Shown in pieces: positions 31,017-44,750 of a DNA stretch of 64,000 bases; the stretch's first letter is position 1; every line of letters begins with the position of its first letter. Both the position numbers and the translations under genes were made by a program. The stretch is from the human T2T-CHM13v2.0 reference genome, Homo sapiens. The stretch lies in NCBI RefSeq assembly GCF_009914755.1, contig NC_060937.1; one strand, written 5' to 3'. The notes under the pieces are model-generated. The model was given only the letters and a program-made list of their open reading frames with translations, made no database searches and was not told the DNA's origin.

Positions 31017-31052
<36 letters not shown>
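31017..31052. repeat. (CA)n microsatellite
   Basis: About 16 CA units. Confidence 0.95.
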
Positions 31053-31191
31053 GTATGTACTTTACATTTATGAGGGTAAAATGGATATATGAATGTATAA
31101 AATTGAAACAAAAATAGTTTTACTAAACAACACTTACCCTTACTCTTTGCAATTTACTTGGATATTTTCTTTTCTATTCTGGGTTGGTTTT

Positions 31192-31355
31192 TCTTTTTTG
31201 AGACAGGGTTTCACTACGTTGCCCAGGCTGGAGTACAGTGGCTATTCACAGGTGCAATCACAGCTCACTGCAGCCTCAAATCCTGAGCTCAAGTGATCCT
31301 CTTGTCCCAGCCTCCTAAATAGCTGAGACTACAGGTGGATGCCCCAGCTCCTAGC
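31192..31355 (-). mobile_element. Alu monomer (FLAM/FAM-like)
   Basis: gagacagggtttcact...gcccaggctggagt...ctattcacaggtgcaatca, a 7SL-like monomer. Confidence 0.8.
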
Positions 31356-31788
31356 TTTTTTTTTTTTAATGCAGGTTGAAACCCATTCATTTGATTCCAT
31401 AGCCCATTAATGAATTTGGAGGCACATTTTTAAAAGCCCTGCTCAACTTAGTAAATTTTTCCTTTAAAGAAAAAGAATAAATTTGAGATTACAAAATTTT
31501 AATAACTGTATAATCTATGTTCTTAACAATTAAAACAACAACTAGCTCGTAGTTTGATGTCAAGAGCTGCAACTCCAGTACAGGGGAAATAGACCTAACC
31601 TAGCTGGATCCTCATCCTGGTTTCTCAATGTATGAGCTCTGTCCAGCTCATGCAAGTCACTGAGGTTGTTTTCTCATATATAACATGGAAGAAATACCAA
31701 CTCCCTTTCTCTCAGAGATAATTAAGTAAAAGCTCTTAAGGAAATCTGAAGTTCAGTACAAATGAGTTCATTGAATCCTCCTCAGAAT

Positions 31789-31862
31789 CGCCACTGCACT
31801 CCAGCCTGGGCGACAAAGCAAGACTATCTCAAAAAATAAAAGTAAAAATAAGAATAAAAAAA
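31789..31862 (+). mobile_element. Severely 5'-truncated Alu (last ~43 nt plus tail)
   Basis: cgccactgcactccagcctgggcgac...tctc plus an A-rich tail, flanked by cctcagaat on both sides. Confidence 0.88.
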
Positions 31863-34719
31863 GAATCCTCAGAATATCTGCACTGGTAGGATTTCTACTT
31901 GCTCAAGGTTTCATAGCCAGGTAGAGCCTTTTTTTCCCCCGCTAAACACATTTATATAAAAGCATAATTATTATTCTCTCCCAGAATATCTAAGTTGTTA
32001 GAAATTCTACTGCTTTCAGTTATATACCCAATGTGTCCGATAATGTTTCTACCTCAGATTATGCCGCTGTGCAAATCTCATGAGTTTTATGCATATGGGA
32101 AAATCAACTGCGGAAAAATTTCTTATAAAAATGCTCCAACCCATTGACTTTAATAGAGCCAAAGAGGAAAATAATCAAGTAAAGAGAAACAGAAGAGAAG
32201 AGATGAGTTTCTTTTACAGGGATGAACTAGAAGGGATCCACCCAGCCCCATCATTTTGCTTTTCGATTGTAATTTTTCAAGAGGAGATATTATATTTAAA
32301 TAGGCCCTAGAAGCTTACGGCTGGTGAGAGAGAGATATAAGCTAACTTCACAGTGTGGGGAGCTCAACACCCTAAGTTTAAGGTCTTGCTAACTAAATTA
32401 AAGATACTGACAAGTGTTAACTACTTCAGAGATGCCATTAAAAAACTCGTCTGGTCAGTTTTCTTACTTTACAGTCATAACTCATATATTACAATAATAT
32501 TTTCAATGAAATCCTCTAACTGTGAGAAAAGGCTGACCTGGAGCCCATTTCCTGTGTACACCAGAGTGTCAGAAAAGAAGTGCAAAAGTGCTCCTTTCTC
32601 TCTCCAAGGGGATGAAGTTCACTTAAATGGCCCCAACATTACTGTTCTTCTAGAAATTAATAGAAGAATTGTACTCTATTGTAATTAGGAGGTGCTTTGT
32701 AATTTGTTTTTGTTTATGACCTGGTGTTTCGTAGCTATAATTAGATTCAATTCATTTTTAACAAAGCAATTTTTACAAATGCATATCATATTTTCCACTA
32801 TTATGATTCAAAAGCCATACCAAGGGTATATCCAGAGAGAATGATGATAATGATGGTGCCTTTGCATCAAGGTAATTTAGTGTGGCAAACCTCCACCTGG
32901 CTGTGGGACCAAGTGGCCCCTTCCAGGATTCTGAGTGTCACATTGATTCCCCTCTTTCCCTCAGCCACTCAACCTCTGATCACCAAGGCCAACGAATCCC
33001 CCAATTCTGTCAACTCTCCTTCCCCACCACGACCAAAGTGAACTCAGGACACCACCTTCCACCTGCTTTGATGCACAGAGCAGGCCCCTATCTGGCCTTC
33101 CTGCCTCAGTCTTGCCCCTTCCGACCTCCTCCTGCCACTGAGAATGTGAAGGGAAAACCTGACCACCTTATTCCAGTGCGAGCACTTTCCCATGACTCCC
33201 CACAGAGCCCTAATGTGAAGTGAATTCTTGGTCCTTTGCTTGTAAAATGAAGAGAACGATGCTTCATTGGATGGTTGTGAGGATTAAATGGCATCAAGTA
33301 AATGAAACCATTTGTTTAAGTGAAAAGAAACAAATGTAAGAAATTATTATATTAGCGGAAATTTAAATTTACTAGATAATTCGGTAATTAAGTAAAGTAG
33401 TTAAATATAATTACTTGGGTACTTAAATTGATTTAATACATTATGCTAGAGGTTTGGTGGATTTATACAAGCTGGAATGATAAAGTGCTGATATTGATTT
33501 TTCTGTACATTACATATCAGATGTTACATCCTAATCAGTGCTCAGGTGGGAACAGCGCCTGTTACACAGCAGGCAATCAATAATGCCTAAGTAAGAGTTT
33601 GTTCATAATTTACATGCTGGGTTTTGTGACATGTAGACAGAGCTATACTCCTGATTCTTTTTCTTAAAACCCTATTAGACTACAAATCTACCTTTTCAAA
33701 AGATGTGTTTACATAGGGTTACTCATCCTTAGAGAAAAATAAAATGAAATCCCAATAATCTGCAGATGCTTATTGGGGCTGAAATCCCCCAAACATATTC
33801 TAAAGTAAATATTCAACAATAATAAATACATGATAACCAAGTTAATATCTAGTGAGTAATCACAGCTGTATATTAGGAAATGGTTGGAGTTTTATTAATG
33901 CCAGAGACAATGCTCTGAGTCATCAGAGATAAGTTTTGTGCTCCTGAACTAAAATAAACCTGTCATGGAAGTGTTCGGTAACAATGGAAGCAGAAGATCA
34001 AATTTTCTCAGAAAGAGAGTTAATAAAATAATGAGAGAGAGACATAAAATATTAGACTCCTCGGAAAAGTTATGATTGTTTAATGGATTATATCACAGCT
34101 ACCTTGGACTTTAATAAGGTGTGATTATGAGACCAATATCACCCTAACAGGAAACAAATAACAAAATAGATGTTACTGTTCATAGTAGTACAGTTACAGG
34201 CTCATAGTAACTGTTTCCTAAATATTTGCTGATTAAATTAATTAGCAAACAAGATTCAGAAGGCTCTTCTATGGTTACCATTATTGATTCCAATATCTTT
34301 TAGTATCAGTGCTATTTAAAAATAGTGGTCTCATAATATTATCATAACAATTTTTCCACCAAGCTCATATAATATTCGTAGTATATGTATGTATGTATAT
34401 GTGTGTATTCCATAATAATCTATGAAATACAACGCATTTCACAATCCTTCCTTATCCAAAAACAATCTAAGTGATAGATAATTTCCTAATGTCCAACAAA
34501 TTATGCAAGTGTTTTATGATATTGGAACTTGTAATTTTCTGCGAATGGTTGTGGACTATTACAGGAAGGCAGACATGATAAATACATGACCTAACGGCCA
34601 CTGCTCCCCGACAATCCCACAAGAGACATCAATAATCAATCATGGCACTTTTTCCCACTAAGCCTGGAATTTATCCTCAATGTCAATTTTAACATAGTAT
34701 TCCACAAAGCACCTGTTAA

Positions 34720-34850
34720 TCCATTCATTTATTCATTTAGCAATTATTATGGATTTCCTAATATGTGCAAGGCACTGTACCAGGGAGGCACATTGCAGAT
34801 AAAAGTAACCAGGACAGACATGGACCGTGCCATCACAGGGCTTAGATTAA
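34720..34850 (-). mobile_element. L2 3' fragment
   Basis: cattcatttattcattt...tgtgcaaggcactgt. Confidence 0.65.
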
Positions 34851-35778
34851 CAATGGATTTGACACTCAAAGTCATGATTGTTTGCCAGATCTGCTCTGTT
34901 GTATAGTTGAAATGGAACTAATTCTAAATAGCAGTGTCTCTCCTTTGTGATAGTAGGGGACTGAGTGGAGAGGCTTGCACTCCCTGGCTTCATAAAGCCA
35001 TGATGTCTATTGAATAGTTTAGGAGTTAAAGGTGAAAATAGCTGAACACTATTTATTAGAAAAAAAGAGATGGTTTTCTTTTTATTCATTTAAGTGTTCA
35101 ATTTGCAAGTCAGACTGATAAACCTATAGGAGAAAGTTTTATGAAAATATTAGAATGAATAAATTTTTCTCCCACTCCCCTATAGAGACAGGGGCAGTCT
35201 GTGACTCACTGCAGTGTTTTCCTTTCTCCACAGATGTCGGAAAGAACACAATATGCTACGTGGAATTAGAGAAAGAGAACAGATGGCTGAGTACATGGCT
35301 TTTTCCACCACTATCAAGCGTGTTGTCTTTCCCCCTCAGCTGCAAAATTACCTCTCTGAAAGTCTCTGCTCTTAATGCTGCACCTTCTCTACCCTTCCTC
35401 ATTCCTGCCTACCATCCTTTCATCCCTGCTTTAGAAGTGGGCTGACTTCCCCAAGCAAAATTCCCCGGCCTACCTCCCACTCATATGTGGAAGTGAGCTG
35501 ATTGCATCCCTTGACGGCAAACTGCTTGGATGGTTAGTCCCTTACAGTTATCTACCCCCTGGACAAGCACAAAATGTCAAAACAGAATTTGGAGGATCGG
35601 GGACATGAAAGTGGCTCAGTCAAAATCAGGCTGATAGCAGCTACAAAGAGGTTACTGTCAATAACAGGCAACTGTTCTGCTGTCTCCTAAGACTAATCCT
35701 GAATTTGGATATGTACATGTTATGCTCAGGGAAAAACACTGTCTAGTTGCCTTATTTCACAAATTAAAAAAAATCTCA

Positions 35779-36082
<304 letters not shown>

Positions 36083-36829
36083 GAACTGCCTCACTAAAAT
36101 GTTAGTTCTATTGTACTACCTCCAATGCAAAGACCCAGTTCCTGACCTCACCAGAAGGTAGACCCACAATGTATATTTAGCTATTGATGCTGATGGTTGG
36201 TTGTTTTCTTTTGTTTTTTTTAAACCTGATTCTGTGCCTGAAGTGCCTACTAATATTGCTTTGTGTTCTCTACAGCCTTGTTTGTGTGTGTGCGTTTTTT
36301 TCTTTAATCCCCTCAAGATTTGAAAATTGGAACTAAACAAGGAAGAAGAAAGTGACAGGCCATTTTTATTATTCTTTCTCAGGGTTCCAATTTTACTGTG
36401 AGTTTCTACTTCTTAAAAGATTTTGCATTTCTCCCCTTTGAATGTTACTTCATTTGTTCATTCTCTAAGGAAGGAAGAACAGTATCATAAAAATTATGAA
36501 TGAATGAAAATGATTTTTTTACGAGTACCATAAAAAATGAATCAAACATGATTCATTTTTGCCCTTTGCCCTTTGCACTGTATCTTGGTCAGTGCCAGTT
36601 CTCATGTCATTATAGTAGTTCCTCAGTGAACATGAAATAATACAACATTGTCCATTGGAACCAGTTATATAACACTCGAGATAACAGCAACATTGCGTTT
36701 ATTAATTTAGTAGAAACAACAGTATTTTACAGTTCCAACATATAAGAGAATGCAGCTGTGTTAAATGACAAAAATCATGTATTCTATTTTGGGCTTCTCA
36801 ATAACTAAGAAATAGAACTAAAATCCTTT

Positions 36830-36945
36830 TATTCACTTATTCATCCAACTATGGGCCACATACTGTGCTAGGAGCTGTGGGTACAGAGGTGACCTATACA
36901 GACCAGTCTCTCTCTTTGTGGAGCACATAGTGACTAACTGGGCCT
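36830..36945 (-). mobile_element. L2 3' fragment, sense to FLT1
   Basis: attcacttattcatccaac...actgtgctaggagctg...gtggagcacatagt. Confidence 0.6.
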
Positions 36946-37121
36946 TGACAATTCTGGTTAAAATTGACATCCACGAAAGTGTCTACAACTAGGATGGAAT
37001 CTCTTTCCTAACCCGTTTCTTTCATACTCACTAGGAAAGCAACCTTTCCAATGGATCAGGGTAGATTTATGACTCATTTGCAAAGCAAAAGCAAACAGAA
37101 TGTAGAAAATGGAAGTCTTAC

Positions 37122-37348
37122 CACTAATAAATATATAGATTGCAGATTCTGTTTCCTTCTTCTTTGAAGTAGGTACAGCTAGATATTTGCAGCTGTAGAA
37201 GCCAGTGTGGTTTGCTTGAGCTGTGTTCAAGGTTAAAGTACTGCAGAATTGTTTGCCATTTCTTCCACAGGCAGATTTAGTTATGCTCAGCCTTTCGCTT
37301 TCCTTACTCACCATTTCAGGCAAAGACCATTTATGGGCTGCTTCCCCC
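37122..37348 (-). CDS. FLT1: FLT1 exon 3 (227 bp): rest of Ig-like domain 1
   Basis: TTGCAG|GGGGGAAG...ATTAGTG|GTAAGA. ORF 36958..37377 contains GEAAHKWSLPEMVSKESERL...GFYSCKY...AIYIFIS. Confidence 0.98.
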
Positions 37349-37739
37349 CTGCAATCACAGATAAGAAAACAAAACATATTTATGGCTGGGCCCTAGGCTC
37401 AGCACCAGTTCCTCAGCATTCATTTTATTAGGAAGCGGAGGTCCTCTCTTAAGTGTAGTCATCTTCCTCTTTACGGGAAAGCAACACATTCAGAAAAGCT
37501 GTAGAACAATACTCAGAATAAAGATGCAGAACTATTTGGGCATCCCTTCCCCCATTTCCCTGAGTGAGTAATGCTCTCCCTTCCCCATGAATCCCCTTTC
37601 ATGGGAAGCTGGATGCCTATGGTTTGCACTTTGCAGATCACAGGAGATCACTGAGGTCCCTACCTTTTTACTCTGCCAGGGAATGATTTTGCCTTAGGCA
37701 TGGCAACTAGATTATTCCCAAACCAACACAGCCACTTAC

Positions 37740-37836
37740 CTGCATTGGAGATGCAGTGTCTGGCCTGCTTGCATGATGTGCTGGGTGCCTTTTAAACTCA
37801 GTTCAGGATCTTTTAATTTTGAACCTGAACTAGATC
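37740..37836 (-). CDS. FLT1: FLT1/VEGFR1 exon 2 (97 bp): end of signal peptide and start of Ig-like domain 1
   Basis: Minus strand TTTTTCAG|GATCTAGT...CAATGCAG|GTAAGT. Translates (G)SSSGSKLKDPELSLKGTQHIMQAGQTLHLQC(R), which I recognise as VEGFR1. Too short for the ORF track; read by hand. Confidence 0.97.
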
Positions 37837-38750
37837 CTGAAAAACAAATTTTTAAAATGTATTATTTGTAAATTGTCTTCTTACCTTTTTTTAAGTTATC
37901 TTTCCATGAAGGTGAGTTTTTCATTTTTAATTTATTTACATCTTTAATTTACTTGTATCTTTAATTTATAAGCAAAAGATACACTAATACAAATTTCTCT
38001 TAATTCACAAATTTTTTCTAGCTCTACCCTTGCTCATAAATATTATATATCCTTTTATACCAAATGACCTAAATAACATCCAAAAGCCTATTTATGTAGA
38101 ATGGTAATGGATTCATATAGGTTCAATGAAATTATATTAAAATATATAACTAGTTATAATATTCAAATATGCAATAACTTAGTAAAAACTCTCAAGAATA
38201 AATGTCAGTGTCATCCAAAATATATTTTCAATACTGAACTTTTTCCAGTGTGGGTCATCTAGTCCTATAGGCCTGTCTCATCTTTTTTTCTGAATAAAAA
38301 GTACAGAAATTTTCCTGGGCTCTGAATTTCATGCAATCATTAGTTGAGCAATGATATTTTTGGCCAATCATTTCCCTTTCTGAACCAGTTTCCTCATTTG
38401 GAAAACTAATTATAGAATCAAAATCAGTTTTAGAAGACATTTGGTTTGTCTTACGTAATCTATGAGTTCCCTCTACAATGGTACAGTCAAAAGGGAACTG
38501 TTCACACGCTTACGTGACATTCGACAAACATCTCGGAGGATTGTTGTGAGGCAATAAAGTGAGGTGGTGAAAGTGCTTTAAAATCTACACATCTCCATAT
38601 GATGCAATAATGACATCCATTTTAGTGACTAGCTGTATCACCCTAGACAAGTCATCTCTCTTTCCAGATCTCAGTTATCTTATCTGTAAAAAAGAGATTG
38701 GACTAGACGACCTTGAAATCTCTGACCTTCCATTTCTCACAGTCCCAGCC

Positions 38751-39125
38751 TGATATAGCTTGGATGCTGACCCTCCAATTCTGATGGTGAATTGTAATCC
38801 TCAATGTTGGAGGTGGGGCCTGATGGGAGGTGTTTGGGTCGTGGGGGTGGATCCCTCATGCATGGCATGGTGCTGTTGTTTAGATCTGATTATCTGAAAG
38901 TGTGTGGCACCTCCCCCCTTCTCTTGTTCCTGCTGCCACCATGTGATACACCTGCTCCTGTTTTGCCTTTGACATGAGTAAGGGCTCCCTGAGGCCTCAC
39001 TGGAAGGCAAGCAGATGCTAGCACCATGCTTGTACAGCCTGGAGAACTGTGAGTCAATTATACCTCTTAATAAATTACCAAGCCTCAGATATTTCTTTAC
39101 AGCAATGTAAGAACAGCCTAACAGA
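38751..39125 (+). mobile_element. MST (MSTB-like) MaLR solo LTR
   Basis: tgatatagcttggatg...aatgttggaggtggggcc...gaactgtgagtcaatta, with an exact 5-bp TSD CAGCC (38746-38750 and 39126-39130). Confidence 0.92.
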
Positions 39126-39967
39126 CAGCCTCATGATTTTTTGAACCATAGGTGCTACAGAGGCTGAGCCTCCCTTGAAGCTATTACTGACCAATCAGAA
39201 TACTATCACTAAGGATCTCTCTTGCCTCCTTCCTCCCCTCATCCCTCAGTCTCTCTTCTCCTTCTCCCTCTTCTTCACCAGCCTCCTCCTCCTCCCCTCT
39301 TCCCAGGCAGCTGCAATGCCTCCGAAAGGCAGGGAATGAGGGGCCCAGGATTAGCGTTCCTTAGGCGGGAATAGAAGTTAGCAGGAGAGAGGAAAGAAAT
39401 TCTTGGAGGGAGGAAAACTTAGTATTTGGCACCAATCTCAGGGTATAGTTTTCTTTAAAAAATCAGTTTAAACAGTGGAAGCAAAGGTAGAAGCTCTAAG
39501 TGAATGGTCATGGAGGGTTTACCATTAGGTCACAGATCTGTGAGATGATGTGTGTGTCAAATACCCTGGTTATGCCCAGCAGTCCTCTCCAGCGTTTCTC
39601 TTGGATTTGACTATCTCAAAAACTGGATTCAGTTAGAAGATCTGCGTTTGAGGCTTAGCTTTTCCACCTACTGACTGCATGACCTTGGCATCACTTAATT
39701 GGCTGCTCCTCAGGCTCCTCGTGAGTGGAACTGGAAAGCCTACGAGCCACCTCACAGGCAGGGTGTGTGCATTCGGTGCTGTGCTGTGGAAGAGGCTGGC
39801 TTGCTGCCTGGCACGTGGCAGATGCCCACTATCACCAACATCTAGGGGAATCACTTCCCCTCCCCCTGCTTCTGTCAGAATATTTTGCTGGGTATATAAT
39901 TTCAAAGATACTAAATTAACATATGCTTTTCTGGTATTGCTGATGATATAAATTAATATCTTTTAAA

Positions 39968-40265
39968 TTTTTATTTTATTTTATTTTTGAGACAGAGTTT
40001 CACTTTGTTTCCCAGGCTGGAGTGCCTTGGTGCGATCTTGACTCACTCTGCAACCTCTGCCTGCCAGGTTCAAGCGATTCTCGTGCCTCAGCCTCCTGAG
40101 TAGCTGGGACTACAGGTGCGCATCATCAGCGTGGCTAATTTTTTGTATTTTTAGTAGAGATGGGGTTTCGTCATGTTTGCCAGGCTGGTCTTGAACTCCT
40201 GACCTCAGGTGATCCACCTGCCTCGGCCTCCCAAAGTGTTGAGATTAGAGGCATGAGCCCAGCCT
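39968..40265 (-). mobile_element. AluS SINE
   Basis: Reverse-complement dimer, flanked by taaattaatat. Confidence 0.96.
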
Positions 40266-40861
40266 AAATTAATATATTAAAAGTAATTTTTACAGACAGT
40301 AGATCCCGGTATCAAAGTACTCCTAAATAAAATGGCTGAATATTAACTAAATTAAAATCCCTGTTTCATATGGATCCCATTGGTCTATCAAACAACCTCC
40401 TAGATCAAGTCAACCCCTTCAGGTACCTAGGAATGTATTTTAACTCATACTTATCTTTATGAGTTTCTTGAGGCAACATGTGGCCCAAAATCAGGGATCT
40501 GTGGAAACGCCAGACTTTTCTAAAGCCACAGCCAGCAATGGATAACACCTGCCCTGAGAAACTTCCATGCCAGAATAGTTTCTGCCCTTCTTTATGGCAT
40601 GGAACTCTGGGGATTTAATTGAGCAATTGTTCATGTGCTGGAAAAGATCCATCGAAGCTTCCTGTGGAAACTTCTGGCATTACTTGTAGTTATCTCTGTG
40701 GTCTGTCTGGAGATGCTGAGCGCTCCCGTCCAGGAAAAGAAGCAGTTCCCCTGTTTGTGACATCCCACTGCCTACATCTTGGTTTCCAGACCACATGAAT
40801 CTTTCTTTATCAGCAACTTAGAACACCAGTACTCCTGACCCTCATCAGAGGAAACCGCTAA

Positions 40862-41306
<445 letters not shown>

Positions 41307-43553
41307 TGAGTGGTTAAAAGACACTGACAAAAATGGGGTTATTCTAAAAAAAAGCGTTGCCACATAATTTGTCTCCAGTAACATCAGTGTATTTTGCACC
41401 TGGAATGAGGAAGCTAGATAAAAAACAGTTAACCAAAACACAGGTAAACAGAAGTATAAGGAACAAATTTCCAAGTAACTGGTGACTTTGAGTGCATCAC
41501 TATCCTTCAGTTAATAGGAAACTAGAATCTCATAAAGGTTATTGGAGGTGTCAAGATTATAGTTTAACAGGAAAACGAATAAGAAAAAGGGAAAGTGAAA
41601 ATATTTATTTCTTGAATGTTTTGAATTCACATTATTAGGCCTTAACACATTTCTTTGAGGCAGTTTCATGTCCATGTACCTATCTGAGTAACAAAGATTC
41701 AACATTTGTTTTAGCATCTACTGCATGCTAGACACTTGCCCATCTTATTAGTGATTTATATAAAGATAGATGTGTATGTACGTACCCATAAACACATGCA
41801 TAGTCATAGCATGGGGAAGTCAGCTTGATCGTCTCAGTAGCTCAGAGTCATGTTGCCCATTTACATAACAAACCTACAGGCTATTTCATTTTCAAGGGTG
41901 GAGTGCTATAATTTAGCAATGAATCTCAGATGCAGATGAGAACTTTCTAATGCTTCACATGGCAGCCTAGAAATCTGATTTAAAAGAATGATTTTTGTCC
42001 TCCCAATAAATGATCTTGTCCCTTCTGTGAACTACTGTTTTCATCAAAGTCAATTACAATATAATCATAAGAGGCATACAGATCTCCTTACATCACGAAA
42101 ACATTTAAATAAAATAAAACAAAAAAACTCAACATAGAGCATGAAAATGGGCTTTATCCCATGCTACTTTGTTAGAAAAACTGTTAAGGTCAAGCAGTGT
42201 AGGCTAATAGCATTAAAAAACCAACATGTGAACGTGGACTTATTTGAACACTGACACTTTGTATTGATCTTATCTGAGTCTTTTCTTCATTGTTTTTCTG
42301 TTCTGTATTATCTGGCAGGTGGAACAGAACTTTATGACTCTTTGACACAAATCCCTTCTCTCCTTTCGCACATGCTAGACCTCACATAGAAAGCCTATAC
42401 GTAGAGTGTTCTAAAATGCCACCCCTAATTCCCCACCTTAGTTTCATTAGGCAAAATGGAATGTTTTCTTTGACTTCATTGGGAAGAGTGAATACATATC
42501 CAAGTAAATGATGGCTTTATTTTGCAACTAAATCCAAAGCCCAGATGATTGAGGCTCTTTCTTCAAATGCTCTTCAAAGCTGCCATGATGGATACTAAAA
42601 GAGCCAACTCCCACTGGAGGTCATTATGAACCAGACAGCCTTGAGGTCACTTGTAAAACTCAAGACTCTCAATGTAAAGTCTGTAAAGTCTGACTAAGAG
42701 TATGTTTAGAAAACTGCTATTTTTACTAATCTAAATAAACAGTGTTCTAGCTGGTCGAACCCAACTTCAAGACAAATCCCCTGGTTTCTCTCCCACCAGA
42801 TGCCACCTTGGCACCCCTTATTCTGTTGAAGTCTTAGGGTTATTCTCTGTAAGAAAGGAGCTTTATTTGAATATAATTCATGAAACATCTGTGTTTTTCC
42901 ATTTTTTATTATGAGTCATTAATCTCCCTAGCTCTGCCATTTGTGAGTTCTGTTGTGGCCATGGGCGGGCCACATTAAGCCTCCGATTCTTCATCTGTCA
43001 ACACAGGAGATTAGGGTTCGGTTTTTAGGATCCTTTCCAGCTAAAAATTCTGATCCTGGGGTCACAGTAATTGATAACAATGTATAAGTTAGAAATCACA
43101 TTTTAGAAATACTTATGGTTAGTAAAAAGACAACAGCCTAATTTTAAAGATCAACCAAGGCTCTGAATAGACACCTTCCCAAAGAAGATATATAAATGAC
43201 CAATAAGCCCATGAAAAGATAAAGGACATCATTATTCATCAGGAACATGCAAATAAAAAACACAGGGAGACACCACTTCATGCCGACTGGGAAAGCTTAA
43301 ATAAAAAAGACAGATAAGAACAAGTGTTGGTGAGAATGTGGAGAAACTGGAACCCTCTTACATCGCAGGTAGGACTTTTAAACGGTGCAACCCACTTTGG
43401 CAAGCAGTATGGCAATTCCTCGATGGTTAAACATAAGAGTTGATCATAATTTAAACACATGACTCAGCAATTGCACTCCTAGGTATCTACCCAAGACAGA
43501 TGAAAACATCCATCCACATAAAAACTTACACACAAATGTCCACAGCAGTATTA

Positions 43554-44135
<582 letters not shown>

Positions 44136-44214
44136 TTACAATGTGGTATTATTTGGCAATAAAAAGGAATGCTGATATGTGCTGCCACATAGATGATCTT
44201 GAAAACATTATGCT

Positions 44215-44381
44215 GGCCCACAGAGAAAACGTCATGTAAGCACACAAGGAGAAAGCAGCTATTTGCAAGCCACAGAGAGATGCCTCAGGAGAAACCAGAC
44301 CTGCCAGCACCTTGATCTCCTTGATCTCAAGCTTCCAGCTTCCAGAATTATGAGAAAATAAATTCCTCTAGTTTTATTGTT
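44215..44381 (+). mobile_element. MLT1A/B-like LTR fragment ending 19 nt after its AATAAA
   Basis: tgcaagccacagagaga...gaaaccagacctgccagcaccttgatct...ccagaattatgagaaaataaa. Confidence 0.82.
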
Positions 44382-44396
44382 AAAAAACAAAAAACA

Positions 44397-44702
44397 GGCC
44401 GGGCATGGTGGCTTATGCCTGTAATCCCAGCATTTTAGGAGGCTGAGGCAGCTGTATCACCTGAGGTCAGGAGTTCGAGACCAGTTTGAACAACATGGTG
44501 AAATCCTGTCTTTACCAAAAATACAAAAATTAGCCAGGTGTGGTGGCATGCACCTGTAATCCCAGCTACCTGGGAGGCTGAGGCATGAGAATCACTTGAA
44601 CCTGGAGGAGGAGATTTCAGTGAGCTGAGATTGCACCACTGCACTCCAGCCCTGGGCGACAGAAACTCTGTCTCAAAAACAAAACAAAACAAAACAAAAC
44701 AA
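44397..44702 (+). mobile_element. AluS with (AAAAC)n tail, followed by (CA)n at 44709-44747
   Basis: Full dimer. Confidence 0.95.
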
Positions 44703-44707
44703 CCACA

Positions 44708-44750
<43 letters not shown>

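Noticed and set aside
38511-38516. HIF-type RCGTG motifs (e.g. TACGTG upstream of exon 2, CACGTG at 61160)
   Set aside because: A 5-6 bp motif occurs repeatedly by chance. The characterised FLT1 hypoxia element is upstream of the promoter, outside this window.
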